This document shows positions 17,783-26,872 of a DNA stretch of 51,242 nucleotides, one piece after another. Numbering within the stretch: the first letter of the stretch is position 1; each line of letters starts with the position of its first letter. A model generated the notes under the pieces. It ran no database searches. It worked only from the letters and a program-made list of their open reading frames with translations, and was not told the DNA's origin. The DNA comes from a virus (taxonomy: Duplodnaviria; Caudoviricetes), in IMG/VR virus record IMGVR_UViG_3300021080_000001, positions 1 to 51,242 of that record; one strand, written 5' to 3'. The position numbers and the translations under genes were made by a program.

Positions 17783-18160
17783 CTATCCTCCGAGCGGTTC
17801 AGGCTGGCCTTGGCTCAGGATGGTCGACATGCGGCCCCGGCGCGCGAGCTGCGCCTGGATGGAGCGCCGGCGCGCGGCGATGCTGCCCAGGCTGGAGAGG
17901 TCCGGATCCGGCATGGGAGTGGGCGGGGGGATCACCGGGGGCTCAGGCGGTGGTACGTACCCGGGATCACCTTGGCTCGGGGGCACACCGAACCCTTCGT
18001 CCAGTTGGCGACGGATTTTGGGGCTGAGGGTAACGGGTCCCAGCGGACCTGACGCGGCTCGGCCTCCGCCGGGGCGCCCGAACGCGATCGCCGTGGCCGT
18101 AGACATCTTGCTGCTGAGCTCGTCAAGTTTCCGGGTCACGCTGCTGAAGGTACTCGCCAT
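17783..18160 (-). CDS. Pro-rich small protein before portal
   Basis: 125 aa; C-terminal RRGRMSTILS...LGG, typical of pre-portal genes in such podoviruses. Confidence 0.65.
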   Translation of the reverse strand: MASTFSSVTRKLDELSSKMSTATAIAFGRPGGGRAASGPLGPVTLSPKIRRQLDEGFGVPPSQGDPGYVPPPEPPVIPPPTPMPDPDLSSLGSIAARRRSIQAQLARRGRMSTILSQGQPEPLGG

Positions 18161-18162
18161 GG

Positions 18163-19815
18163 CTATCGCCCTCGTCCGGTGAGCGGCGCTCGGCCGCCCA
18201 TCACTGCCCTCGGCAGTCTTCCGAGGGGCCGGCGCAGCGCCCGTGCTTCGCGCTGCTCAGCCCATGCGAGGGCGTCTGTGACCTCTTTCGGTCCTGCCCA
18301 CCACGCCATGATAACCGCATCGCCCTTGTTGGTCGAACGTCCTAGGCGCGCGGTGACATCTTCTTTCGATTCGACCTTGATGCCGTTCGGCGTCGGCTCG
18401 AATATGGGGGTGGTGAGATCGGCCACGAGCTCGGGATCCTCGGGGAGCGCGATCGGGGAGCCGCCGGGCTGGTCCGGATCCAGCGCTTCGCGAAAGACCC
18501 AGTGTGCTGCGCTCCTCACGTTCACGAAGCGCAGCTTCTTGTCCCCGCTGCGTCGCTCGGTGCCTTCGGCTCCCTTGTAGGGGTAGGCCTCGATGTCGTT
18601 CGCCTTGCAGTGTTCGTAGGTTGAGCCGCCGTAGCCCCCGCCCATGTCGATCACCACGAGCGCCCGATCGCGGCGGTAGGAGACGATCACGCCGGTTGAG
18701 TAGCTGCCGATCCGCTCGATGGGCATTTCCTTTCCGGGGATTTCGAGGAGCTCGTCGTACCAGCCGTCATAGCGCCGGGCGAGAAGGAGAGGATCGTTGC
18801 CGCCGCCGGTGCAGTCCACGCCGATCGCGCACATCGGCACGTGCTCGGGGTGTCCGTCCGGCCAGCGCGCTTGGGCGAGTTTCACCCAGCTGGTGGGGAT
18901 GGTCTGGTTCGGCGCATCGCGCAGGGAGGCTTCGAACGAGCCCTGCAGGTAGGCGACGCGCAGCTCCTCGGGGAGACCTGCCAGGCGGCCCTCGTAGCCG
19001 GTGTTGGCGAGATCGGGGTTCTCCCACAGGTGCCCGCGGATGAAGGTGCGGCTTTTCGCTTTGACCCATTTGCCGTCGACCAGGTGGGGGCCGACGTCTT
19101 CCACCTCGGTGTCCTGGCCTTCGACGGTGGTGTACCAGCGGAGCTCGCCCGACTCGGCCGGCTTGTAGTGCTTGGGGTCGAGCCACGGGGCGAAGCGCCG
19201 GATGACCCACAGGCCCAGGGGACGCGTGGGCGGGTTGAGGGTGCTTATGATCCTGCAGCGCGCGCGCGGATTGGTTGAGCGGTTCCAGCCGATGATGAAG
19301 GTGTACTGGGTTTCGGTGAAGTCCTCCAGCTGGTCAAAGACGATCAGGTCGTGCGGGTCGCCCTTGTATTTCTGTTTGTCGCTTTCCAGCTGCACCCCAC
19401 CGATGTCGACCTGGATCTGGTGGGGGATGCGCGCGCGCTGGCCGGCGAGATCGAACTGCGTGCCCGCATCGATCTTCCAGGCGTTGGTGGGGGAGCCGTG
19501 CCACCCCTCGCGTGTTCCCAGGATCTCCTCCATCCGGGGCTGCAGCTTCCCCGATTCCTTGTTCGTGCGGCGCAGGATGAGACTGCGGTAGTGCTCGGTC
19601 AAGGCGAGGCCGATCGCGAGGTCGGTCTTCCCCGGACCTGCTTCCCCGCCGCAGCCGACCTCATCGGCTTCGGAGAAGAACGTGTCGGTCTGGAAGCCCG
19701 GGTTGGGGACCCATACCATCTTGGCCGTGGCGCGGCGCGCATCGCGCGCGACGCGTTTGCGCTGCGCTGGGCTCATCTTGTCCAGCCGGTCGATGATCTC
19801 CTCGAGCGCGCCCAT
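18163..19815 (-). CDS. terL: Terminase large subunit
   Basis: Walker A GGEAGPGKT, Walker B-like LIVFDQ, TLNPP; nuclease motifs IGVD and D.GGG.G, GDA. Confidence 0.9.
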   Translation of the reverse strand: MGALEEIIDRLDKMSPAQRKRVARDARRATAKMVWVPNPGFQTDTFFSEADEVGCGGEAGPGKTDLAIGLALTEHYRSLILRRTNKESGKLQPRMEEILGTREGWHGSPTNAWKIDAGTQFDLAGQRARIPHQIQVDIGGVQLESDKQKYKGDPHDLIVFDQLEDFTETQYTFIIGWNRSTNPRARCRIISTLNPPTRPLGLWVIRRFAPWLDPKHYKPAESGELRWYTTVEGQDTEVEDVGPHLVDGKWVKAKSRTFIRGHLWENPDLANTGYEGRLAGLPEELRVAYLQGSFEASLRDAPNQTIPTSWVKLAQARWPDGHPEHVPMCAIGVDCTGGGNDPLLLARRYDGWYDELLEIPGKEMPIERIGSYSTGVIVSYRRDRALVVIDMGGGYGGSTYEHCKANDIEAYPYKGAEGTERRSGDKKLRFVNVRSAAHWVFREALDPDQPGGSPIALPEDPELVADLTTPIFEPTPNGIKVESKEDVTARLGRSTNKGDAVIMAWWAGPKEVTDALAWAEQREARALRRPLGRLPRAVMGGRAPLTGRGR

Positions 19816-19820
19816 GGGGC

Positions 19821-20825
19821 CTAGCGGCGGCGTTTCGCCCTGGAGCGGGAGGTGGGTCGTATCTTGGGAGGCGTGGCCGGGACGGGGCCCGGTCCAGGTC
19901 CGGGTGGGGGGTCGACCGGCAGCGGCGGCGCTCCCTCTAGCAGCACAGGCGGATCGAGCTCGAGCATGGGCGGGATCGTGGATTCGGTGAAGCGGTGGAG
20001 GGCTGCCTCGATCGCCACGGAGCGCCCGGCGACGATCGCCGAATGGGCGATGGCTTCCGAGAGCGCGAGGCCCGGGTCGGTGTCGTCGGTCCAGGTGGAG
20101 AGGATGTAGTCGAGGTTGTCGATCGCGCCTTTGCAGAATTCCACCTGCGGCTGATTCATCGCGACGTTCTGCTGGTGCATGTTCATGCGGTTCACGAGCT
20201 CGGCGCGGCGGATGAGGAGCTTCGCGTGGCGCGGGTGGTTTTCGATCTTGCCGTAGGGGGTGGGCGGTTGCAGGAGGTCCGATTCAAGGGGCACCACGAC
20301 CTTGATCCCGAGTGCGGCTGCGATGCCGAGGAAGTTCTGGCAGCCCGGGCGCTGGAAGGCGTACTCGGAGTGGGCGGCCATGTCGACGCCCCACAGGCCG
20401 ATCGCCCGGGGGCGCAGCTTGATCGCCAGGGCGAGCATGTAGGCCATGCTCGAGGTCCAGAAATAGGGCCCGAACTCGGCCGACATCTCGTCGAAGGGGT
20501 AGACCACGCAGTTCTTGACGGTGGGCACCTGCTCGGCCATGTAGACCGGGCCCTCGTGCAGCTCGAGGAAGCGCACGTATTCCGGGGAGAACCAGGGCTT
20601 GTTGGCGGCGTTCCGCGGGTCCCCGGGTGCGGCAGGTTCCCAGCGGTGGATCTCGAAGAAGACGTCGGAGCGCCCTGGAGGGATCTCCCCGTAAGCGCCG
20701 GGTGAGCAGCCCCAGATGGCCCATGACTGGTCGGTGTAGGGCGCGAGCCTGACTGAGCTCGGGGCGGAGCCGATGATGGCGATCTTGTCAAAGCCGGGCG
20801 GGCCTAGATCCTTCGCGGCGATCAT
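19821..20825 (-). CDS. Putative CMP-nonulosonate (sialyl/pseudaminyl) transferase, CstII/Maf-like fold
   Basis: [18 protein letters not shown] and [12 protein letters not shown]...IGLWGVDM....YAF parallel the CstII motifs as I recall them; C-terminal coiled coil and Pro-rich tail. Confidence 0.6.
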   Translation of the reverse strand: MIAAKDLGPPGFDKIAIIGSAPSSVRLAPYTDQSWAIWGCSPGAYGEIPPGRSDVFFEIHRWEPAAPGDPRNAANKPWFSPEYVRFLELHEGPVYMAEQVPTVKNCVVYPFDEMSAEFGPYFWTSSMAYMLALAIKLRPRAIGLWGVDMAAHSEYAFQRPGCQNFLGIAAALGIKVVVPLESDLLQPPTPYGKIENHPRHAKLLIRRAELVNRMNMHQQNVAMNQPQVEFCKGAIDNLDYILSTWTDDTDPGLALSEAIAHSAIVAGRSVAIEAALHRFTESTIPPMLELDPPVLLEGAPPLPVDPPPGPGPGPVPATPPKIRPTSRSRAKRRR

Positions 20826-21220
20826 AGGATCGCCCCCTCGCGCATGGTGCGGGCGGCCTCACCGTGGACCCCAAGGTGGCATGCCCTGCACAACCATCGG
20901 ACCTCAAGCGGTTTATTGTAGTCGTCGTGATGCTTCTCGGCGGAGAGGTTGCCGCAGTTCTCGCACGGTTTGCGTGCCAGCTTCCCGCGCCGCTGATAGA
21001 CGTTCGCGTAAGAGCGCGACTTTGACGCCTGGCGCTGAGCGCTCGGCAGGTCGGCGTAGCGACGGCGCGTCCTACGCGCATGCGCCGCGTGGCAATTCAG
21101 GCAATATCTTTGTCCTTGTCGGCGGACTTTCTCGCGACACTTTGAACAGAGTTTCACGTGAAACCTCTCTTTCTGATCTCGCGCGGTTTCGCGCGCTGGA
21201 GTTGCCTGGATGCTGAACAC
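20822..21220 (-). CDS. Zn-finger HNH-like endonuclease
   Basis: CxxC pairs and [20 protein letters not shown]. True start probably GTG near 21157. Confidence 0.7.
   Translation of the reverse strand: MFSIQATPARETARDQKERFHVKLCSKCREKVRRQGQRYCLNCHAAHARRTRRRYADLPSAQRQASKSRSYANVYQRRGKLARKPCENCGNLSAEKHHDDYNKPLEVRWLCRACHLGVHGEAARTMREGAIL
21150..21165. promoter_or_regulatory. parS-like palindrome
   Basis: aGTTTCACGTGAAACc: perfect 14-bp core, 14/16 match to TGTTTCACGTGAAACA. Confidence 0.55.
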
Positions 21221-21249
21221 CCGTACTCGGAAGTTTTCCCCAGGTTTTA

Positions 21250-21492
21250 TCAGTGCGGCCAGTCCCAGCAGGGGAAATCATCGCCCACGTCGCCCTTGTG
21301 GCAGATGTCGAGGTGGGTTTGTTCTTCACCCTGCACCTCTGCCGCGAGAGCGATGTGGGGATGCTCGCCCTCGCCGTTCGGGACGGCTAGGACCTCGGCC
21401 CGGTGGAGCCTTGCTTCCGGAGGGGCGTCTAGGGCCACTTCGCCTGCGGCCAGGCGGTAGATGACCGTGTCGCCGATGCGCGGGCGGGCCAT
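21250..21492 (-). CDS. Hypothetical protein
   Basis: 80-aa ORF, in operon spacing with its neighbours. Confidence 0.6.
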   Translation of the reverse strand: MARPRIGDTVIYRLAAGEVALDAPPEARLHRAEVLAVPNGEGEHPHIALAAEVQGEEQTHLDICHKGDVGDDFPCWDWPH

Positions 21493-21496
21493 GGCT

Positions 21497-21958
21497 TTAG
21501 GTCGTTGCCGCGCGGCTGATGGCGCTCGTGCCGTTGGTGAGCAGGCCCCACAGGGCGGTGGTGAGCCCGATCAGCTCGACCACGCACCCGGTCAAGGTGG
21601 AGGAGATCACCGTGGCGATGGTGCTGTCGGCGCTCGTCCTGAAGGTTTCCGCGTTCTGGGTCCTCAAGTACTGCGGCGTGTTCGCCGAGGAGAAGATGAT
21701 CGTCTTCCTTACCCCTGGGATCGGGGGCTCGAGCACGTAGACGCTCGAGCTCGCGGCGGAGGTGCCGGCGAGGAACGAGCATCCCCAGGCGGGGACCGTG
21801 ACGAGGGTGGTTTCCGCGGTGGTCACGCCGCGGCGCAGGTCCTCCGGGCCGACCAGCACTTCGGAGGGTTGCCGGCCGCCGAACTGCGCGGTCGACAGGG
21901 GCTGCAGGCCGAGCCTGCGGCCATAGATGGAGGTGAGGATGTTGCTGTTGTAGGACAT
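21497..21958 (-). CDS. Ser/Thr-rich putative virion protein
   Basis: 153 aa, about 27% S+T, beta-strand pattern, AGGAG RBS. Confidence 0.7.
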   Translation of the reverse strand: MSYNSNILTSIYGRRLGLQPLSTAQFGGRQPSEVLVGPEDLRRGVTTAETTLVTVPAWGCSFLAGTSAASSSVYVLEPPIPGVRKTIIFSSANTPQYLRTQNAETFRTSADSTIATVISSTLTGCVVELIGLTTALWGLLTNGTSAISRAATT

Positions 21959-21971
21959 CGCGTGCTCTCCT

Positions 21972-22358
21972 TTATATTTGCTCGCCTGAATGGCTGCTGC
22001 GGAGATTGCCGGCGTTCGCGCCGGCGGGTTGCGCGGGCTTCTCTTTCACATCCCGTGCGGTTTCCTTGGCGCCGTTCTTGCCGAGCGCCATCTTGGTGAT
22101 CTGCAGTTCGACGTTGCGGTCGCCCTTGTTCTGCACCGAGGACGACTCGCTCACGCGGGTCACCTTCACCGTGGCCTCGAGCTCGAGCTCCTCGCCCACA
22201 TTGGGCAGCTTCATCTTCAAGGCGTCCAGTTCGAAGTTCTCCAGGCGCACGGTGAGGCCGTAGCCGTAGTACGGCTCGTTCGGTGAGCCTGGCATCGCGA
22301 GCTCTGCGGTGCCGTCCTTGCGGCGCGGGCGCTTCATGCTCACCAGGGCGGCGGCCAT
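21972..22358 (-). CDS. Capsid staple/cement protein (epsilon15 gp10-like)
   Basis: Y.YGL.VRL...EL..L...LP.VG......ATVKV...S....R.VELQITKM pattern. Confidence 0.6.
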   Translation of the reverse strand: MAAALVSMKRPRRKDGTAELAMPGSPNEPYYGYGLTVRLENFELDALKMKLPNVGEELELEATVKVTRVSESSSVQNKGDRNVELQITKMALGKNGAKETARDVKEKPAQPAGANAGNLRSSHSGEQI

Positions 22359-22360
22359 GG

Positions 22361-22726
22361 CTACTTGCCCCAGACCTCGACGCTCACCACCCCAGAGGAG
22401 GCCGCGGCGAGGGAGAAGCCGGTGGAGGTCCCGGGGATCTGGAAGTCACGCGAGCCGACCACGTAGGAGGAGAGGCCCGAGGACTGGCTGGTGCCGCTGG
22501 TGAAGCTCGAGTCGGCGGCGCTCGATGCCTTGGTCGAGCCGTCGTTGAAGTAGAAGGCGAGCGGGCCGCCCAGGGTGGTGACCCCGGTCACGCGCGCGAT
22601 GTCGGACCCTGCTGGCCAGTCGGCGGCGAGCGGTGTGTTGGCGGCGAGGGGGAACTTTGCTTGGACGTCCGACGGGATCGGGATGTTGTTCGCGTCGGTG
22701 GGGTGCAGCACTCCTGCGGTTCGCAT
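22361..22726 (-). CDS. Ser/Thr-rich putative virion protein
   Basis: 121 aa, about 25% S+T (SSAADSSFTSGTSQSSGLSS); C-terminal GVVSVEVW strand. Confidence 0.7.
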   Translation of the reverse strand: MRTAGVLHPTDANNIPIPSDVQAKFPLAANTPLAADWPAGSDIARVTGVTTLGGPLAFYFNDGSTKASSAADSSFTSGTSQSSGLSSYVVGSRDFQIPGTSTGFSLAAASSGVVSVEVWGK

Positions 22727-22738
22727 CGTGGGTCCTTT

Positions 22739-22936
22739 TCAGTAGCCCATCGCGGTGTGGCGGGGCGCGCTCGGGCGAGTGCGGTTCATCCTGGCTTTCT
22801 TCAGGCCCTTTGCGGTAGGTTTGCTGCCGTGCATGAGCCCGATCTTGTTCAGCGTTCCGTAGACGGCGTGGGCGTTGGAGCCGTAGCGGGCTTTCAGTTT
22901 CGCTTCGACGTGGGCGACAGCGGTTCCTGCGGGCAT
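22739..22936 (-). CDS. Small basic protein
   Basis: 65 aa from ATG 22936 after AAGGGA; K/R-rich. Confidence 0.55.
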   Translation of the reverse strand: MPAGTAVAHVEAKLKARYGSNAHAVYGTLNKIGLMHGSKPTAKGLKKARMNRTRPSAPRHTAMGY

Positions 22937-23087
22937 CGCGGGTCCCTTCGCGCGGGAGTGTAGGCGCTTCGGAAGCAGCGCACAAGAGGCGCACTCGGAA
23001 ACCCGTGTCAAGCATTATTTTTCGGGGCCACGCTCGCGCTAAGTCCTTGATGGTTCGTTCGGGAACGCGAATTCCGGAAAGTCGGTT

Positions 23088-23096
23088 TGGTAAAAT
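23088..23096 (+). promoter_or_regulatory. Extended -10 promoter element
   Basis: TGgTAAAAT upstream of the antisense gene at 23175. Confidence 0.45.
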
Positions 23097-23174
23097 ATGG
23101 GTAGCGGTAGGAGGATCCTGCCGCCGCCGGGAGGGGATCCCGGCAGCGTTCTTTCACAACAACTGGAGGTCATC

Positions 23175-23711
23175 ATGGTATCACGAAGGCAGTGGTACGA
23201 GCGGGTCAATGCGGCCTGGCCCGCCGAGGTTCCTGAGCTCACCGCTCCGGAGGCTGTTCGGGCGGTTCGGCGGTTGTACCGATTCGTGCGGAAGCGCAAG
23301 CTCGAGCTCCCGATCAAGATCACTTCGGGCAATCGCTACACGGGGCGCGGTCGCGGCGGGGTGGTGCTGGTCAACCCCGCGCCCGGGGATCCGCGACAGG
23401 GCTACAAGCGGCATGGCGGAGGCTGGCAGGCGCTGGTCCACGACCTGTCGCACTGGCTCGGAGGGGGTCACTCGAAGGACCACGCGCGGCTTGAGCGCAG
23501 AATGATCCGCGAGGTCGTGCGCCGGGGTTGGCTCAGCGGTGTGCTAAAAATAGCACAGAAGCCGGCGCCAGCTCCGGTCGATGTTCAAGCCGAGCGCCAT
23601 CGCAGCATCCTGGCGCGGATCGATCGATGGCTCGCGAAGAAGAAGCGCGCCAATCGCGCTCTGATGAAGCTTGCGCGGCAGCGCAGGTATTACGAGCGGC
23701 TCGCGGCGTAG
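23175..23711 (+). CDS. Moron-like zincin-motif protein (HDLSH) with basic coiled-coil tail
   Basis: GGAGG RBS before ATG 23175; LVHDLSHW...GHSKDH; opposite strand to its flanks. Confidence 0.7.
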   Translation: MVSRRQWYERVNAAWPAEVPELTAPEAVRAVRRLYRFVRKRKLELPIKITSGNRYTGRGRGGVVLVNPAPGDPRQGYKRHGGGWQALVHDLSHWLGGGHSKDHARLERRMIREVVRRGWLSGVLKIAQKPAPAPVDVQAERHRSILARIDRWLAKKKRANRALMKLARQRRYYERLAA

Positions 23712-23713
23712 TT

Positions 23714-23731
23714 GGGTTCGGGGCCCTTTTT
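23714..23731 (+). terminator. Possible intrinsic terminator
   Basis: Short GGGTT..GGCCC hairpin followed by T5, at the convergence with terS. Confidence 0.35.
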
Positions 23732-24257
23732 ATTCATCCAGCGCGGTCTTGGGCTTCGGCTTGGGTTTGCCCTGGCGCCCGGCGAGGGTGAGCGTGAAGG
23801 CGATCCGGCGCGCCAAGTCCTTCACGTCCTCGGGCCCCTCGGGTTGGAATTCGCCGTCGCCCAGTCCTGGCAGCACTTCGAACTCCGCGGTTTCCTTCAT
23901 GTGCAGGCGCACCTTCGCCCAGAAGATGGCGGCGGCGGCGCTCTTGGCGGTCAGGCGCAGCAGGTTCTGGCCGGCGGTGAGGTCGGCTTTCAACAGGCCC
24001 CGGTCCAGCTCCTCGCGGAAGTGCTTCCGGAGGGTGACAGGGGAGATGGGGCGCTTGGTGGCCGGGTTGATGACGAGGATGGTCATCCTGTCCTCGGGGA
24101 TCCCCAGGCCCGCCATCGCCTCCACCATATTCGATTGCTCGGGGTTCGGTTTGAAGCCCCCGCCTGGAGGTCGGCCGGCGCGGCGTTTACGCTTTGGCCT
24201 TGGCTGGCTTCGCGCGGCGGGTGGCGATCTCGTCGAAGCTGCGGTGTTCTTTTGCAT
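23730..24257 (-). CDS. terS: Terminase small subunit-like protein
   Basis: V..MAG.G.P...I, IS..TL.KHF.EEL..G and AAIFW.K pattern; follows a methyltransferase remnant, as is common in phages. Confidence 0.65.
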   Translation of the reverse strand: MQKNTAASTRSPPAARSQPRPKRKRRAGRPPGGGFKPNPEQSNMVEAMAGLGIPEDRMTILVINPATKRPISPVTLRKHFREELDRGLLKADLTAGQNLLRLTAKSAAAAIFWAKVRLHMKETAEFEVLPGLGDGEFQPEGPEDVKDLARRIAFTLTLAGRQGKPKPKPKTALDE

Positions 24258-24465
24258 GGACGGCGTGCCTCTTGGTGGTGTCCTGCCAGCGGCGCACGCT
24301 CACATCGCAGTAGAGCGGGTCGAGCTCGAGCGCGTAGCAGATGCGGCCTTGCTGCTCGGCCGCCATGAGGGTACTCCCGGATCCGGCAAACATGTCGAGG
24401 ACGATCTCGCCCTCGGCACTTGAGTTAGCGAGCGCTTTGCGGGCGAGTTCGACCGGCTTCTGGTT
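24187..24465 (-). pseudogene. C-terminal remnant of N4/N6 DNA methyltransferase
   Basis: NQKPVEL, VLDMFAGSGST (motif I) and ELDP.YCDV...RW are present. The catalytic DPPY half is absent; the gene is cut exactly at an IS-like inverted repeat. Confidence 0.8.
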
Positions 24466-25259
24466 GGGATTTATATACTTAACTTCCTTCATATCGCCAT
24501 CTCCGCTTGCCGCTGTTCCTCAGCGATGCGGTCGCTAAACTCAAGCGCCTCGCGGTAGTTATTCGGATTCCTGCCTTTGGCGCGGGCGGAGAAACTCCAT
24601 GCCATAGAATCTGCCGAGTGCAAATAACTGCGGATGATCGGATTGGATAGGGCTGTAGTTTTCAGGCCGAACCCGTGCAGGCGCAGGTCTGGCCTTTCTG
24701 TCTTGATGGCCGACAGCACGTGCCAGATCGCTGCGGGATCGCCATTGCGCTTGCAGATGGAGCCGACGCCCACCCAAGCGCCCTGCGCGAGCCGTGCGCC
24801 GTACTGGCTAACGTGGGACACGTAATCCTCCGGGGCATGGCCTTGCAGCACCGGCATGATGTAGACACCCGAATGGCACGCCAGCAGCGCGTCGTAGCGC
24901 TCGATGGTGAGCCGCTGGTGATCGGCAACGGTAAGCCCAGTCTTGGCGAGCATCCACGACTCGCACATGTAGTCTTGAGCCACCACGGCAAGCAGGTTTC
25001 CGTGCATTTGCCGCCCGCAGATTGCGCGGATATCAGCAGCGTATGCCTCCACCGGCATCGGGTAGCCGCCGTGCTTTGCAATCGTGGTGAACGCCCCGCT
25101 GTCCATGATCCAGTCGCCCACCTTGAAACTGCTTTTCCGGTTACGCAGACGGTTGACCGACACGAACGCAGCATTAAAATGCTGCGCGTCGCTCGGTTGG
25201 TGCAGTCCGGTGAAAAATCTCATCTATTCCTCGGTTGGGGAGTTAAGTATGTAATTCCC
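24466..25259. mobile_element. Transposase-less IS1595-type insertion cassette carrying a dpdA-like gene
   Basis: 22-bp TIRs at 24466-24487 and 25238-25259 (19/22 match); lower-GC interior; no target duplication. Confidence 0.75.
24489..25223 (-). CDS. dpdA: DpdA/TGT-like 7-deazaguanine DNA transglycosylase
   Basis: DSGAF, QDYMCE, PVLQG, GVGSIC.R, LHGFG.K and SADSMAWS motifs of TGT-fold phage proteins. Confidence 0.75.
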   Translation of the reverse strand: MRFFTGLHQPSDAQHFNAAFVSVNRLRNRKSSFKVGDWIMDSGAFTTIAKHGGYPMPVEAYAADIRAICGRQMHGNLLAVVAQDYMCESWMLAKTGLTVADHQRLTIERYDALLACHSGVYIMPVLQGHAPEDYVSHVSQYGARLAQGAWVGVGSICKRNGDPAAIWHVLSAIKTERPDLRLHGFGLKTTALSNPIIRSYLHSADSMAWSFSARAKGRNPNNYREALEFSDRIAEEQRQAEMAI

Positions 25260-25271
25260 TTTTTATAGACG

Positions 25272-26351
25272 TCACGCAATGCTGCCGGGCGGGCGGGGGT
25301 CGGGCTTGCGGAGGAGCTCCCAGGTGAGGGGTTCGCCTGGGGCGATGTCGCGCGCGGCGGCGACGCCGAGGAAGTGGTGCAGTTCCCTGGGCGGCAAGCC
25401 GTCCGCGGGTCTGAGCGGGCGCACGTTGTGGCCGCTGAACGGTTCTCCCGCTTTCATCGCGCGTATCACGTGGAGCGTGCGGCGCAGAGCGTAGGTTGAG
25501 CGCTCGGATTCGGTGGGCCCGAAGCGCTCCTCGCCGATCGCATCCATCGCCGCGTGCACGGCGTCGATCATGTCGCGCAGGTCCGCCGGTTCGGCGGAGA
25601 ATTCCGCGTCGAGGCCCCCTGCGGCGCGATCGAGCGTGAAGTGCTTCTCGATCATATCGACGCCGTAGAGGGCGGCGGCGATCGCCACGGTGCTCCCGCG
25701 GGTGTGATCTGAGAGGCCCACTTTGCAGCCGTAGTGCTCGCGCAGGTTGTTCAGGGTTTCAAGGTTGGCCTCGGCCGCCGGCGCGGGGTAGGCCGCGGTG
25801 CACTTCAGCAGCGTGATCTGGTTGGTGTCCAGGGCGCTCGTGGCAGCGGCGACCGCCTCATCGATCTCAGCTAAGGTAGCCATCCCGGTGGAGATGACCA
25901 TGGGCTTTCGGGTCGCAGCGGCGACCCGGATGAGATCCAGGTCGAGGATCTCGCAGGAGGCGATCTTGTACATGGGGCAGCCCAGGCGCTCAAGGAAAGG
26001 CACGGCGTCCGGTTCGAACACGCTCGCAAAGGCGAGAATGCCGCGCTCGCGGGCCTGGGTAAAGAGCGCCTGGTGCCAGCTCCAGGGGAGCGCGCCGCGC
26101 CGGTATAGATCGTAGAGGTCCTCGCCGTCCCACTGCCCGCCCTCGATCCGGTGCCGGGTGCCGGGATAGATCATGCCCTCGGGGGTGTAGGTCTGCACCT
26201 TGATCGCGTCGGCGCCGGCTGCGGCTGCGGCGGTCACGGTGGCGAGGGCGAGATCGAGATCCTGGTTGTGGTTCGCTCCGAGTTCTGCGACCACGAACGG
26301 GTAAAAATCGAAGGGCTCCTTCGCCCTGCGCAGCTCACCAGGGAGGATCAC
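25272..26351 (-). CDS. pseI: Pseudaminic acid synthase (NeuB family with SAF domain)
   Basis: VAELGANH, GADAIKVQTY, YKIAS.E, ISTGMA, LLKCT..YPA, GLSDHT, IEKHFTL.R, RR.L...RP..GL.P. Confidence 0.9.
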   Translation of the reverse strand: MILPGELRRAKEPFDFYPFVVAELGANHNQDLDLALATVTAAAAAGADAIKVQTYTPEGMIYPGTRHRIEGGQWDGEDLYDLYRRGALPWSWHQALFTQARERGILAFASVFEPDAVPFLERLGCPMYKIASCEILDLDLIRVAAATRKPMVISTGMATLAEIDEAVAAATSALDTNQITLLKCTAAYPAPAAEANLETLNNLREHYGCKVGLSDHTRGSTVAIAAALYGVDMIEKHFTLDRAAGGLDAEFSAEPADLRDMIDAVHAAMDAIGEERFGPTESERSTYALRRTLHVIRAMKAGEPFSGHNVRPLRPADGLPPRELHHFLGVAAARDIAPGEPLTWELLRKPDPRPPGSIA

Positions 26352-26872
26352 GTGCGCGCCCAGAGCTCGAGGGCGCGGGCGACCTCCTCCAAGGTGCTCG
26401 AGCTAAAGTCCCCGGCGGTGGCCGCGCGCCTCAGTTCCGAGGCCCAGGCTGGGAGGTTCCTTTTCACGACCTGGATCTGGCGGGCGAGCTCTCCGCGCGC
26501 GTAGTCCTCGGCGTTATTTTCCACGGGCTTCAGCGCGTCGTGGGTGCCGCGCTCAACCAGCCCCACGATCACGTAGGGGCGCGGGGGTTCAGCGGCCCGC
26601 CCCGGGATCGCGCGCCGGGTGCCCGAGGCGGGGATCGCGGCTTGGGCGGGGCGTCCCTCCGGTCGATGGATGAGGATGTCGGGGGTCACCTTCTGGTAGC
26701 GCATGCACTCGTCGAACCCGTGCAGGTCCGCTTCGGTGATGAGGACCGTCATCTCCGGGTTCTGATGACGGTTTTTCCACAGGAGAAGCTGCAGGGCGCG
26801 CGCGCCGCCCGCTTCGGCGAATTGGTCGAGGGCGTCCTTAGTCTTCGCGCGGGGCGCTTTGGCCTTCGCCAT
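26348..26872 (-). CDS. Hypothetical protein
   Basis: ATG 26872 after AGGAG; stop overlaps the pseI start. Confidence 0.65.
   Translation of the reverse strand: MAKAKAPRAKTKDALDQFAEAGGARALQLLLWKNRHQNPEMTVLITEADLHGFDECMRYQKVTPDILIHRPEGRPAQAAIPASGTRRAIPGRAAEPPRPYVIVGLVERGTHDALKPVENNAEDYARGELARQIQVVKRNLPAWASELRRAATAGDFSSSTLEEVARALELWART

Noticed and set aside
23006-23011. TTGACA on the minus strand as a late promoter
   Set aside because: No acceptable -10 element at 16-18 bp spacing.
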